Below are positions 50,799 through 63,585 of a DNA stretch of 64,000 nucleotides, piece by piece; the first letter of the stretch is position 1, and each line of letters begins with the position of its first letter. The position numbers were made by a program, and so were the translations under genes. The notes beneath the pieces were generated by a model. The model did no database searches and was not told where the DNA came from. It saw nothing but the letters and a program-made list of their open reading frames with translations. Source of the stretch: Phoronis australis (taxonomy: Eukaryota; Animalia; Phoronida); the NCBI GenBank assembly GCA_002633005.1, contig NMRA01000071.1, forward strand, positions 202,117 to 266,116, given 5' to 3'.

Positions 50799-52319
50799 CC
50801 GTATTCGCCGTAATAACCGCTCATGCCCCTATAAGCGCCCCCCCATGAGTTTTCAGACTTTGCTAAAATAAGTGCCCAGTCCATGAACATGTACGTGCGA
50901 AAAATGCCTTACCTACAGTCCTAAAATTCTACAATAACGTCTTCAATTTATCAATAATATCCGACAGTCCTGAAAAAAATCATTGTGCGCAGAATTTATA
51001 GACCACGAGCCTCGCCGCTATGTCGGTATTTAGCCGTGACTATACACTTCAAACTTCCGCCATGCCTCAAAACGAACACAAAAGTTTGCTGATATTGCGA
51101 GGACCTATGGTCTGACCTTTCAGAACAGAAGTAGTGTACTTGTCTACGGGATTGCTTTGTAGGTATTTCCCGCTTTCAACAGGAATCCAAATTTCTTTGT
51201 AGGCCTACACGTGAAAACCGCGAATCGAAGACTTATAAAAAGTTTGGCCAGTGTTAAAAGCATGCGGCCAGGAAGCGCACGCTACATACATGAACCTGTC
51301 ATCAAAGACATTAGTCGGGAACAATCCATTAATGAAATGGGTAGCATAGCATCAGCAAGAAATGAATATTTGGCACTAATTTCCGACAGTTTCAAATACT
51401 ATAAAAAATGTTTGCGTTATTTTTAAGATGAATTGTTTGATTAACCATTATTGGTGTTTTTAAGCCAAATATCCGATAAAATGACCACTGACAGTGAATG
51501 CTTACACACTCTTACACCAAAAAATAACTGTCAGATAGTCACGTACGCCGCATCCAGCCACACGGCGACTAATATGGCGTTACCGAGACAAATGTCGAAC
51601 GTTTTTAGCGACATGAGACCGGCAAGTGCTGAATGAAACATGCTCTGGTTTAGGCCAACTGCTTGTGCAAATTTCTTTAGATATAATGCACATCTGGCTC
51701 GTTAGATTGCGTGGCTCTGGCCAAAAGACGGTATCTGCTCTGGCAAATGAACTCTGGTGACACGCATGCACTCACTTACTCACAAACGCAGACAACTTCA
51801 AAACAAACGTCACGTGACAACAACATGTGTGTTCGTCCAGACATTTTTCTCATGTTGCCAATCATGTAGATGGCACGATGAACTAGCAGATTTGTACTTA
51901 AACCTGCCATTATCCGGACTCCACAGGAACTTAAAAATCTTAGGGACGATACTTGGAAACCTTAAGGATTTCAGGTAATTTGCTTGAGTCGAAACTGTAT
52001 TTTTATTCAAGCATTCAAGTTGCCATATCGACGATTGCGAGGCAGGCAGTCGGCGAGTTTTTGCCCTGGGATTTCAGCACAATTTTCTGTAAAATGATCG
52101 TAATTTAGCAGCAAAGTTTAATAGCAATGCACCACTGTTTTGTAGTAAAAGTCTTTTCATAGATTACAGATACGTCACAGAGCGTAAATATGATGAATCT
52201 TAGCTTCCGATTTCACCGGTTTCGGAGACCGAGTTTCAACGGCCTTGGGTTATAATAAGCGCCTCCCCCCTGAAACGAACTTTTCTAAGCGCCCTGGGCA
52301 GTTATTACGGCGAATACGG
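50799..52319. mobile_element. Tc1/pogo-type non-autonomous element (1.5 kb, TA TSD) nested in another repeat
   Basis: ta|ccgtattcgccgtaataa ... ttattacggcgaatacgg|ta, perfect 18-nt TIR; flanks resemble the 25500-25950 repeat. Confidence 0.88.
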
Positions 52320-52519
52320 TATATATATGCACCGGAGATCGTTCACTTCGGATCAAAGATGGCGAAAGTATCGGCCATTGTGCATGCGCACCTCATTTTC
52401 AGGACGATAATGTTTTGTACTGTAGAGGACGCATTGTGCGACTTATTGCTTCGAAATTTTTCATGTGTTAGTTTCCAGTAGTTAGCTATTATTGAGTGCT
52501 GCTTAACTGGAAGTTGCTT

Positions 52520-52735
52520 TCAAAATGGTGGATATGATGCATTTTCATCAATTTTCAAGACGGTCGATATGATGCATTTTCATCAATTTTCAAGACGGTC
52601 GATATGATGAATTTTCATCAATTTTCAAGACGGTCGATATGATGCATTTCCATCAATTTTCAAGACGGTGGATATGATGCATTTTCATCAATTTTCAAGA
52701 CGGTCGATATGATGCATTTTCATCAATTTTCAATC
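52520..52735. repeat. 35-bp minisatellite, 6 copies
   Basis: ttttcaagacggtcgatatgatgcattttcatcaa. Confidence 0.95.
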
Positions 52736-54439
52736 GTGCTGGGGTGCCATTTTAAACAGGAAAAGCAAATGACATGAATTTGTGTATGCGGATTCTCTGA
52801 GGTTTACTCTTTCAAATGAACAGTAACAACTTTTTTCTCAGACTTACCATTTTTTAGTTACAAATTCGACTTTCAATTTCAAAAAATGCATAATTTGAAA
52901 ATTTTTGAAAATTTTACGGAATTTTGAGAAACTACTCTGTTAGATAGAGTTTTGAACAGGCTTTCAGAAATATTTCCCTTTTTGCTAGGATGGCTATTTC
53001 TTAATTATTCAAGATTTTCTGATAAAGCTGTTCCTTTGTTGACTGATTTTGCTGCACTTTTGTTGGTTTGCCTTATATTGAACAATACTATAGCCTATTT
53101 CTTACTCATTTCAGACATCTTCGTTTGTCATATGATTGTTATCATCATGTTCATCATCACCATCGTCATCATCATCACCATCGTCATCATCGCCACCTCC
53201 ATTGTCCTCTTTTCAGTCAATTTCGCCAAGTGTCACTCTTCCGAGCACTTTCATTTATCAATCTGAGAACAGTATGGTCACGTGACCATGTCGTTTTAGT
53301 AAAACTGAGTACAATAAATGTAGCTTAATGACAAAATAACAGTACCAATAACATGATCAATCTTTAACGATTTAAATGTTCCAAGGCGACATCTCAAAAT
53401 TGCAGTTACACTTTTCAAAAACATCACTTTGTTTTCGTTATATGTAACTTTTTCATGTAAATCACAAAAGTTCTATTTTTGATAGCCCCTCGTGAAAAAC
53501 TGAAACATTTTAAAAAACAATTCTTAACAGCGTTTTGGATAACAGTGCATAAAGCTAAGTATCTGAAAGTTCCATATAATCCAATCAGCCATAAAGTTCC
53601 ATATAATCCAATCAGCCATTTCTGAGATACGATATTCTGAAGATAGCCAAATTTGGGCATTTTTCTAGGGCCTTACATTTAAGCTTAAGATGGTAAAAGG
53701 GTATGAAATGTTTTTCCCCATTTCAAACTGAAGTATGAAACATTGAGCCATCACGAATACTACATTTTGAGACTTGCAGCGTATTCCTTCAAGTCATTTC
53801 TTTCACCACCTGGCACTATTTCCTACTAAACATTCCACATACTGAATTGTACAGTTTCTCAATTACATTTACTTTTCTGGATAGTTTATATGGTGTTATC
53901 ATTGTGTTGACTTTGGTAACCTTTAATAATGTTTGTTCAACAAAGACAACAATACGTTGATAGGTTGCAGGCTACAGATCATCTATCTGACCAATCACAG
54001 CGCAGCTCACAAGAGCCACAGACCAGCATACAACCACTATGTCAACCCTGATAATTAATGCAAAAACTGATGTCCTCATACAGGTACAGCATGACTTCAG
54101 AATGGACCAGCAATAGAGACATGTATTTAAATTTAAGGCCATTTTTACCAAGTCTAGGGCCAAAATGACTTAGTTTCAATTTGTAATTGTACATATAGGC
54201 CTAAAGTTGAACCACTCACTTCATCGCACTAACATGTGATACCAAATAGTAACTCTCCAAATTAAAAATCAAAAAAGGTTCTTCCAGCCCAAACATGAAC
54301 CAGAACAATAGCTTTCAATATCCGTGCTGCACAAGGTGATGAAGTTTACGTATACAGTGCAAGAGAACAGAACACTATGAATAATGTGGGTTTGGAGTTG
54401 TGTTCACAAGTAAAGAACAGGTATAGAAGGGAGGTTTCT

Positions 54440-54908
54440 GTAGGTGTACTACAAGGCTACTAGTAGTCTCTCTGTTGAGGAGGTGTATAGATACTTAAAT
54501 GCTAGACTCTCAGCCTAGTTCCTGGAGGTGTATTACAAGGCTACCAATAGTCTCTCTATTGTGGAGGTGTATATAGATACTTAAACGCTAGGCTCTCAGT
54601 CTGGTTCCTGGAGGTGTACACTGCACAAGGCTACCAATAGTCTCTCTATTGTGGAGGTGTATATAGATACTTAAATGCTAGACTCTCAGTCTGGTTCCTG
54701 GAGGTGTACACTGCACAAGGCTACCAATAGTCTCTCTATTGTGGAGGTGTATATAAATACTTAAATGCTAGACTCTCAGTCTGGTTCCTGGAGGTGTACA
54801 CTGCACAAGGCTACCAATAGTCTCTCTATTGTGGAGGTGTATATAGATACTTAAACGCTAGACTCTCAGCCTGTTTCCTGGAGGTGTACACTGCACAAGG
54901 CTAGACTC
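54440..54908. repeat. 90-bp minisatellite, about 5 copies
   Basis: ctaccaatagtctctctattgtggaggtgtatatagatacttaaatgctagactctcagtctggttcctggaggtgtacactgcacaagg. Confidence 0.95.
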
Positions 54909-55377
54909 ACAGTTATGCACAGACGTCCTCAGCTTCTGATCATCCCCAATACACTATCATATAATACTACAAGGTATGACACTCGGGACAGGGAATTCCA
55001 TGGGTGCTTCACTTCAGCCATTCATATCAAACACAAAACTCAATAAATTTACGCAAAACAGGTTTTCAACAAACCATTGGTAATTGTTCTTTCTTCTAAC
55101 CATTCACGGTGTCCTGCTCCAGCGAGACCGCAACAAATTCACGGTCAAAGCCCAAAAATGTTAATAAAAAGCCCACGCATCAGTCCTTCTTTGACAGTTC
55201 GAGGTCAAGGATGGACGTCAATTGCCGGTTCCGAAATGGTCTGGCTAAGTGCAGTTATCGATGTCGTGACACTCCGTGACAAATCCGCAATTGCCGTACA
55301 TTGTAAACACTGGCACTGTCACAGATGTGAGCTTTTACATTTCAGGTTAGGTTTGCCTAATTGGATATTAGGTGAAC

Positions 55378-55775
55378 CCCTCTTGTAGCTAATTGGTCTA
55401 ATGTTTTGGCCCATCAGCACCTTATGGCGATGTTCGGGTTGTCCGCTCTGCCCGCTGGTTCGATACCCCTACTGTGTTTCCGAGCTTTGCAGAGATTTAG
55501 TAGTCCAGAGATATTGAGTAAGTTCTAGTCATCTGGAGTTGTATATCGTTAATGGGTTGAATTTATGGAGGAGTCAAGCTTGAAATACCAAGACAGGCCA
55601 ACTGGGAGCCAAACCTTGAGGTGCACACCACCACTCTGGTTTTATCCCTGAATCTTGTATTAACGCCTAACACTCTAACAGGTGCCCCTAGAATGGAGAA
55701 CCCTCTTGCCAGTCAAAGCGCAGTAAGTCTCTTTTAGATAAGTAACACTAGCTCGTGGGTTTCTTACTTATGTAC
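55378..55775 (+). mobile_element. Probable tRNA-derived SINE in intron 1
   Basis: A-box-like TAGCTAATTGG near 55386 and B-box GGTTCGATACCC near 55457; 3' boundary approximate. Confidence 0.45.
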
Positions 55776-56080
55776 GCTGTCATAGTCCATGTTCAATGTT
55801 TTGTGAAGTCACAAAACCAAAAACTTCCAAGTTCAAAACAACCAGTCCACAATCAGATGAAACAGTTTAAAACTTGTAAACATTTACAGTTAATAATTCT
55901 TTATAATACCCATACGAGTTGATCAACTCGACAGACTCAGGCCTAGGTTGTTTCTAGCCAGCCAGCTGTCTTGACTTTGCATCAAGGGTAGGTTGTTACA
56001 ATAATAATCCCTGGCTTCAGATCAGATCAGATTATTGTCCTCCACACAAAATACAGACGACATTCGACAAGTGTACTTAC

Positions 56081-56102
56081 CACACACGGACAATAAAGAC
56101 AT
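56081..56102 (-). CDS. unc-13: unc-13/Munc13 coding exon 1 (start codon; MSLLSVC+G), N-terminus of the C2A domain
   Basis: Reverse complement reads ATG TCT TTA TTG TCC GTG TGT G|gtaagt. This is 22 coding nt with a phase-1 donor, it resembles the Munc13 N-terminus MSLLCV(G/R)V, and it splices in frame to the 30-nt exon. Confidence 0.9.
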
Positions 56103-56224
56103 ATTTAGTTCAAACGTGGTCTAAAAAGCATATATTCCAGAGTAACATCGCAGAGTTATGTCAACTGAGTAGGTAGCACGCTCAAATACGGGAGAGCTTC
56201 ATTGTCGCCCTATCGCAGTAACCT

Positions 56225-56285
56225 CAACGACAGCCATCTTAGCTTATGACGTCATAGCTCGGGTCAATGATACGCTATGGCAAAT
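56225..56285 (-). promoter_or_regulatory. Putative unc-13 proximal promoter with a palindromic CRE and a YY1-like motif
   Basis: TGACGTCA at 56247-56254 and AAGATGGC (minus strand) at 56233-56240, about 130-150 nt upstream of the ATG in a locally CpG-containing non-repeat stretch. Confidence 0.5.
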
Positions 56286-56839
56286 GTAATAGGCCTATGT
56301 TTCATAAACCGAGAAAATATTTACTGGCAAATAAATATGAACACAATAGCTGACAAGTAAATGGGGTTTAATGGTAGACTTAAGTGGTGCGGAAAGGGCG
56401 ACATTGCCCGCAAACTAAATCCGAGATTAAAATCTTGATTTTTTCCTGAGAATTCAAGCTTATTTTTTCTAGCAATATCCTAATAAACTACCGTAACGCC
56501 ACATGTTCGAATATTTCTCAGCTCGAACTCTATATTTNTTTCCGTGCCCCTCCCCCCCCCCCCTCTACCCTCTTTCTCTAAGAAATTCAGACATGGCTAT
56601 TCACTTATTTACAGTTAATCTAAGAGGTTTTTGAGGGTATAATTAGGCAAGCGCAATGTGTTGTCATAAACTGTACGCATCAGTTGAGCAGGAAAGTGCA
56701 ATGAAACTACGAGTGATGCTTAGCGTATAGCCTTGTCTCAGTCACCATGTGCTGTCATCTCATATTATTCAATCAGAACTGCTCTCTTGGGAAATTCTAC
56801 ACTGCAACATAAGATAGCCTAATTTACCTAACTGACGGA

Positions 56840-59352
56840 TATCGTAGGCCAAGTGCGACATAAGTCCGATTTATTATACTGTAGTATTCATACGCCCAAA
56901 GTACAATAAATAAAAGTTAAACAGGCACATTTGCACACGTAGTCAACTCATTTAAGAATTGTTCTCTTGTTTAAGGGCAGAATACACATATTTAATAACA
57001 GATCAGTACTGTGATGGTAAAATTAGAGGTTAGTAGGCGCCTAAAGCCCATCGTATCGCCTTCAGCGCTGAATTTCAAAAGTGCATTGGGAACTCGCAAA
57101 ACCTGATTCACAAACATGGGGCCTACTTTTTTACTCATGCACGAGGGTATATTTACATAGTCTGCAGTGGCAGATCTTGGATGTCGGAGAAGGTTGGTCC
57201 AACCACACATATTCGAAGGCAAAGCTCCGCGTGCATTCCAAGCGGCCTCTGAAGGGGGCACACCCCCCCCTTTATCCACCCCATTGTGTGACACCATAAC
57301 TGTTTCTTTATCTTGAAATATTAATAAAAATTCCATCACTCGGCGAGCATACCTGGTGGTCGCTCGCGCTAAAATATACAACAACGATGCTGTCGTCAAC
57401 GTAGCCAATGCTGTAAACCATCGTATCGAGACTACAAGCCTTACTATACCGTCACTTTCGGTGTCTAGGCGCCACGTTAAAATGTAAAAAGATGGTTGGC
57501 TGCAAATACGTGTAATTACGGCCCACTATGCCGTAACTTACGGTGGGTAGGCGCTACGTTAAAAACAAAAAGGTGGTTGGCTGCGCCTACGCCCCACTGT
57601 AACAGATATATCTAGATTAGCTAGCAGGCGTATACAGGATTCTTGCGTTGGGTGCTTCCATTGAACTTCTTTCATAACACGTGACCTAAGTTCATAATAT
57701 CCCTTGCAAATCAACAGGAATTGGTATTCATCCTCTACAAGACCATCATTGCAACTCAAACATAATCTATTATAATATTCCACTTTCTCGTGTCTACCCA
57801 CTTCCACTTGTCAGTCTATGGTTGGAGCAACGTAACCGAGTAAACGCTTGAATAAGACTATCCATGTAGCAGTACCTTGTAATATGGTTCAAAACAGTAC
57901 GGAGTCTTAAAGTTACAGTGGTTTTTAAGTTTTGCGTTATGCTCAATTTCTGATCGTCAACCTTGTTCATAACAGTCATTAACTCGTTGCGCGAAGATAC
58001 TTAAAAACGAGACTTCGCACGTGACACCTTGATTCAACCAAATTTCATAAAACCCGTATTTTGATAGCAACAGTTTAACACAAGATATCCAGGTATTTCT
58101 CCCATTCCGATCTAAATCAGCAAACATGTCATAAGCCGCTTTACTGCATCTAGTAGGTGGCATTTTCAACAACTTTAGCCAATATTTTACACATTTGACA
58201 TAGTACTTTGCATAGAGCGGATAAATTCGACATACGCCCCATGCAGCTGCGTTTGAGCAAGAGTTTCTAACTGCAAGCACAATTATACAGAATTTAACAT
58301 ATACATTTTCAAGCCATTCATGTTCTTTGAATCCCCGGATTTCCGCACCTTAGCATATAGTTGGCGCAACAATTTTATCAAACAGTTCACGTAATAGCCT
58401 CAATAGTAATTCCGTTCACCGATTTCTAATTTCAGAGATAGACATAGCAGCTTTACTACCTTGACGTTCCAGAGTTTTAGTCGCTTTGGACCAAACTAAT
58501 CTCGGTGTAAAAATATTCCAAGATATTCATATTGGGAGACAACTTCCATAAATTGATTTCCATACTACCACTTCTCATACGCTCTGCCCGCCATTTCTAA
58601 AAACAATGACCTTAGTTTTTTTCAGATTTAGAAGAGCAATAATCATAAAGGCAGTTAAACAGTCTTTGAAAATTAATTTGAGTGCTCGAACACAGAACCA
58701 TGTCATCAGCGATTTGTCTTCCGGCGCATCTTCATTGATATAAATCCCTCAAATGTTTTGAGCATTATCTAAGACTTCGATAAATTCGTTCAGATACATG
58801 GTGCCGACAGAACAGTCAAAAAAGTCGGTTAACCTTACACATGAACGTAGTTTGATGTGCATAGATTTCAGGGCTTCAAATGGACACCAATTTCGTGTAA
58901 TCTATACCAGAGTAGCATTTGAGGAACTCTGTCAAACGCCTTCGAAAACTCGACAAAAGCACAATAAAAACGACCCCGGGCTTAGTGACATATTTTTGGC
59001 ACATGGCCTGAAGCGGAAACATTTGGTGCTGGGTGCAATAGTCCTTGTTGTAATAATTCGCGAATTATTCCAGTAATAATTCTTTAGCCAATCTGAAGCC
59101 AGGAATAATTACTGTAATAAATATTTATCACTGTAAATAGTATTTATTCCAGGACTAAATAAATCAACCAATCGGATGCCAGGAATAATTATTGTAGTAA
59201 ATATTTATTACTGTAATTAATATTTATTCCAGTAGTAAAAAATTATTACGGTAATTATTCCTAGCTTCTGTTGGCTAAAGAATTATTACTGGAATAAATC
59301 GGGGAATTCTAACAGTAATAAATCGGACTTATGTTGCATTTGGCCTATGATA
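56840..59352. mobile_element. TIR-bounded composite element upstream of unc-13
   Basis: About 37-nt TIR tatcgtaggccaagtgcgacataagtccgatttatta / taataaatcggacttatgttgcatttggcctatgata; flanking direct repeat GACGGA. Confidence 0.65.
57600..58795 (-). mobile_element. Non-LTR retrotransposon (RTE-X-like) ORF2 remnant
   Basis: FADDM near 58700; CVKYWLKLL; AFTRLRCSNHRL..EVGRH; RLCLSC..VEDEYQFLLIC..Y..LR C-terminal zinc motif; multiple frameshifts. Confidence 0.85.
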
Positions 59353-59904
59353 GACGGAGTTCACGGCGAGACGTTATCATGCTTAGCTTGTGCAACGATA
59401 TTATGTTCATTGTATAAAATACCCAGGGCGTCTTAAAAGAAACTGCCCGTGTAATTTTCGTTGAAACTCGACAAAACGGACAATAACACAAATCAATCAT
59501 CGCTAGTTTTAACGCCCTCACAACACGGCATCGCTTGTTTTGGAAAAAACGGATTTTAATGAAGATTTTTGCTATCTAATTTCTGGCGGATACTTGACCA
59601 GCAGTATCATACACTAACCAATCTTCAGATAAACAAATGTCTTTAGGATTTAAATTAACCAAGTGACTCAACTATTGCCGGGAATTTCTGTTCATGTGCT
59701 GTGGCTAAAATCGGACACAGAGGCCCGTTTTTAGAAACAGTAATAAAATACTTGAGCCAACTGAAAGTACATAGTGGCGCTTTCCTCAATTGATCAGTTT
59801 CAAGCCCAAAATCTAAGCATAATCGTAAAACTTGTGCATGCCATTCAAACGTACAAAATGGCCAGTTGACAACAAGTGTCTCTGACCCGTAGCACGACCA
59901 CGAC

Positions 59905-60280
59905 TGATGTGAAGTCAACGGAAAGTATACACTGTGTGAATGTGTAAACTGAATTAACGAGCACATACGGTAAGGTGCATGATGTGAAGTGAATGGAAAG
60001 TATACACCGTATGAATGTGTAAACTGAATTAACGAGCACTTACGGTAAGGTTCATGATGTGAAGTGAATGGAAAGTATACACCGTATGAATGTGTAAACT
60101 GAATTAACGAGCACATACGGTAAGGTTCATGATGTGAAGTGAATGGAAAGTATACACCGTATGAACGTGTAAACTGAATTAACGTGCACTTACGGTAAGG
60201 TTCATGATGTGAAGTGAATGGAAAGTATACACCGTATGAATGTGTAAACTGAATTAACGAGCACTTACGGTAAGGTTCAT
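59905..60280. repeat. 75-bp minisatellite, 5 copies
   Basis: Period visible directly; produces the 25-aa repeat in ORF 59655..60338. Confidence 0.95.
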
Positions 60281-60697
60281 GGGGTACAGAATGAAAAAAA
60301 TGCTTTCTTGTAAAACGGTTGTATTTCTTTCGAATCAAAAAACCTTACTTGGAACATTTCCCTCCGGTATTTCGTCTCTCGGGCGAGTGCATTTACGTCA
60401 CGTGGAATGAAGCTAGGTAAGCAAAAAGAAGACGCCATGCCCAGGTGACGAGTGGCAGTATATCGAAAATTTTCTCAAAATGGGGTACCACTACGGTATT
60501 GCTGTATTTTTGGTTTAAATAGGAAAAGCTATTTGCTTATTGATGTAATGAAAAGAAAGAAGACTAAATTGACAAAATTCATACCAAAAGTGTTCAATGA
60601 AAATTGAGAGCTATGTATACCACAGAGCGTGCATTTCTAAGGAAACTAGAAACAATCTTGAACTGGCGTCATTTATGGGACCACTTGTTACCCTTTC

Positions 60698-60853
60698 ATG
60701 GGCGGCGCACCATACGGGTCTGGCGGGGATTATAGCCCCCAACCCCACCACTTATTTCAGTGCTGCGCCGCCAATGGTTTATGGGAGGTGCACCATAGGG
60801 TGGCTGGGGGGGGGGGCTATATACCCACTTTTTCCAGTGCTGCGCCACCCGTG
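60698..60853. mobile_element. Short GC-rich MITE (hAT-like termini)
   Basis: catgggcggcgca ... tgcgccacccgtg with internal inverted tatagccccc/gggggctata; no clear TSD. Confidence 0.5.
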
Positions 60854-61001
60854 TCATTAATGTCCAAATAATAATACGCACGGAATGTATGATGCAATCA
60901 CTAATGAGTAAAATTCTTATTTGTAGGTGGATTGTTATGAAACTTTTAGGTTAAGTAGGGCATACGTTGCTGCTTTAAAATTATATCATGTGTTGGGTCA
61001 A

Positions 61002-61336
61002 GTCGGGTATTCAAGATATCTGGTGAGAAGAAGCCAATTAACGGTCTATGGTAGGCCGGCCCTGTCAACCGTACTACGTACCTCGTCGGGTATTCAAGAT
61101 ATCTGGTGAGAAGAAGTCAATTAACGGTCTATGGTAGGCCGGCCCTGTCAACCGTACTACGTACCTCGTCGGGTATTCATGATATCTGGTGAGAAGAACC
61201 CAATTAACGGTCTATGGTAGGCCGGCCCTGTCAACCGTACTACGTACCTCGTCGGGTATTCAAGATATCTGGTGAGAAGAACCCAATTAACGGTCTATGG
61301 TAGGCCGGACCTGTCAACCGTACTACGTACCTCGTC
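61002..61336. repeat. 83-bp minisatellite, 4 copies
   Basis: gtcgggtatt starts at 61002, 61085, 61168 and 61251. Confidence 0.95.
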
Positions 61337-62274
61337 TCATATTTAGTCTGACATTTTAAACTCGGGAGTTGGAGCATGAATCAGATCGTTCTTAAAATTA
61401 CAAGTTTTTAAAAAGAGTCAATTAAACTATAATAATGGAAAGATTATAGACCATTGCACCAAACAAAGCTATGACTTTTGGAATACCTATCTTTGTAATT
61501 ATTAAGATTTCATTTTTATTGAAGTTACGGTTCAATAACACTAGGACCTCCCCTGCACCCCGCAAAAAACCAAGACTTCGTGAGATTTCGTGTATTTTAA
61601 ATGAGAACACCTGATTTTGCTAGATTTTACTGACTGCGAGACAGCTTCAGTACTCTACCCGGGTTTCGATCTTTTTATACCCTGTCATAGCGCCACCTAT
61701 ATATGGAAATCTGCAACCTCTCGTAGTAGCAGGAAAGAGTTGAACGTACAGAAACGTAGTTCTGGAGTAACATGTACTATGATCGCTGACTGGTGTGCAG
61801 AGTATTTGAATTCATTAGATGTTCGTATTTTGGTCACTGATGGGTTTTTATTAATGAAATATTAGCGATAAGGATTGTTCAAATTATTTGAAGTTTACAT
61901 AAACCAGCCAAATTTATTTCTATAATAGAGACCATAAGACCATCGTACAAAATTAAACATTAAAACGTGTATTAAGAAGTCTTACGAAGTTGAAAGGCTG
62001 AAAGAACACAATTACAAAAGCTATCACAAATTGCCCATAATCAATTGCAGACAACATAGAAGGGTGCTTACCGTACTGATACAAGTCAAAGTAGCTTTCT
62101 CGAAGTTCAATCTATGTAAAAGAAATCGTCATTCGTCCTCAATAATATTGAGGTAGAAGGGGCATACTCTCTCTGACTGCCAGTGATCGAAATCTAAGTG
62201 TCTGTCAACTTGTCCTAGTACAATATCTTTTGGTTGGCTGGTACATGGTCCCTTTGCACACGGGCATTGTTAGC

Positions 62275-62655
62275 TACACACACCGCACGGCGTACGTTAC
62301 CAGTACGGTAACACATGTAAAATACTGTCAAATACACACCGCACGGCGTACGTTACCAGTACGGTAACACATGTAAAATACTGTCAAATACACACCGCAC
62401 GGCGTACGTTACCAGTACGGTAACACATGTAAAATACTGTCAAATACACACCGCATGGCGTACGTTACCAGTACGGTAACACATGCAAAATACTGTCAAA
62501 TACACACCGCCCGGCGTACGTTACCAGTACGGTAACACATGTAAAATACTGTCAAATACACACCGCGCGGCGTACGTTACCAGTACGGTAACACATGTAA
62601 TATACTGTCAAATACACACCGCACGGCGTGCGTTTCCAGTACGGTAACACATGCA
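62275..62655. repeat. 56-bp CpG-rich minisatellite, about 7 copies, with an internal hairpin
   Basis: tacacaccgcacggcgtacgttaccagtacggtaacacatgtaaaatactgtcaaa; gttacc-agtac-ggtaac inverted repeat. Confidence 0.95.
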
Positions 62656-63585
62656 GAATTTGGCCTTATTTCTGTTACAATGCCATACATTTAGAGGTCG
62701 CGCTTCTTCCTTCTTGTTTTCATGTTGATCTTTGACAGTCTGAAGGGAAAGACTAGCCAAGAGTAAACTACTGCAATCGTACAAGTCCATGCTTACCAAA
62801 CCATAACTCCAGTTTTATGAGAATGTTAGCTCCGGCAAATCAAATGTATCGGTCTATTGTTTTATTGTTATTGTTGTCCCGCCTTTTTGAGGTGCACTTT
62901 AACAAGGCACGGGAAAATCCTAGGAGCAATGTATTCACCTGCTAGAGAAACGGATTACTATTCGAAAATTCGAGGATGGGAAGATTGTCGCGAAGTTGAA
63001 TTAGCTATTGTATGACAGACCTGAAGTACACACAAGAAAATTGTGCTGCGTGTGTGTGTGTGGGGGGGGGGGGGANNNNNNNNNNNNNNNNNTCGTCATT
63101 CAAGACAGGTGGTGATGTCGAGGTCGTTTTTTCTATTTACGGAGCCATAGTAGATGAGGCGTACTTTCCCAGATCTTTCTGAATCTTGGTATGTTGACAA
63201 ATCTCACCAAGAGCTGTCTACAATCATTTTTCCTTTTTTCTCCGCCTTAGGTTCTTGCTTCAACTCTTTTGTTAACGCATCTCGCTTTCTCGTCGCCCGA
63301 TTGACCCCCGTTACAAACCAAATTTTTTGTTCGCTGAAATCTACACACATCGCGTATCACGTCAGTGTTTAAAGAGCTATTGTTTTTCGAATTTGATTGA
63401 AATCGGACACAATGTTGCACGGCGGCGGCCATTTTTTTCTTTACTGTAGCTCAAGTGTCCTTTGGCAGGTATTTCTCAAGCTTCATATGAACAGATCTCA
63501 AAGAGCTTTGTGTTGCATAGTTCTGACTACGACTTCTCGATATTTACTCTCGACCATTCATTTTATTGACTTTCTGCTGCTCTTA

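Noticed and set aside
52952-53328. Poly-His or hydrophobic membrane ORFs (also 25217-25687)
   Set aside because: They arise from the (CAT/CGT)n microsatellite of an interspersed repeat
59655-60338. 227-aa repeat protein
   Set aside because: A 75-bp minisatellite that is open by chance; no splice or domain support
60380-60450. Possible first exon of a divergent gene (cacgtg, AG|gtaagc)
   Set aside because: No downstream coding exon recognisable in the window; such motifs are common by chance
63062-63092. Poly-G/C tracts with N bases (also 12481, 19059, 39481, 56538) as G-quadruplex features
   Set aside because: They coincide with assembly gaps, so tract lengths and local joins are unreliable
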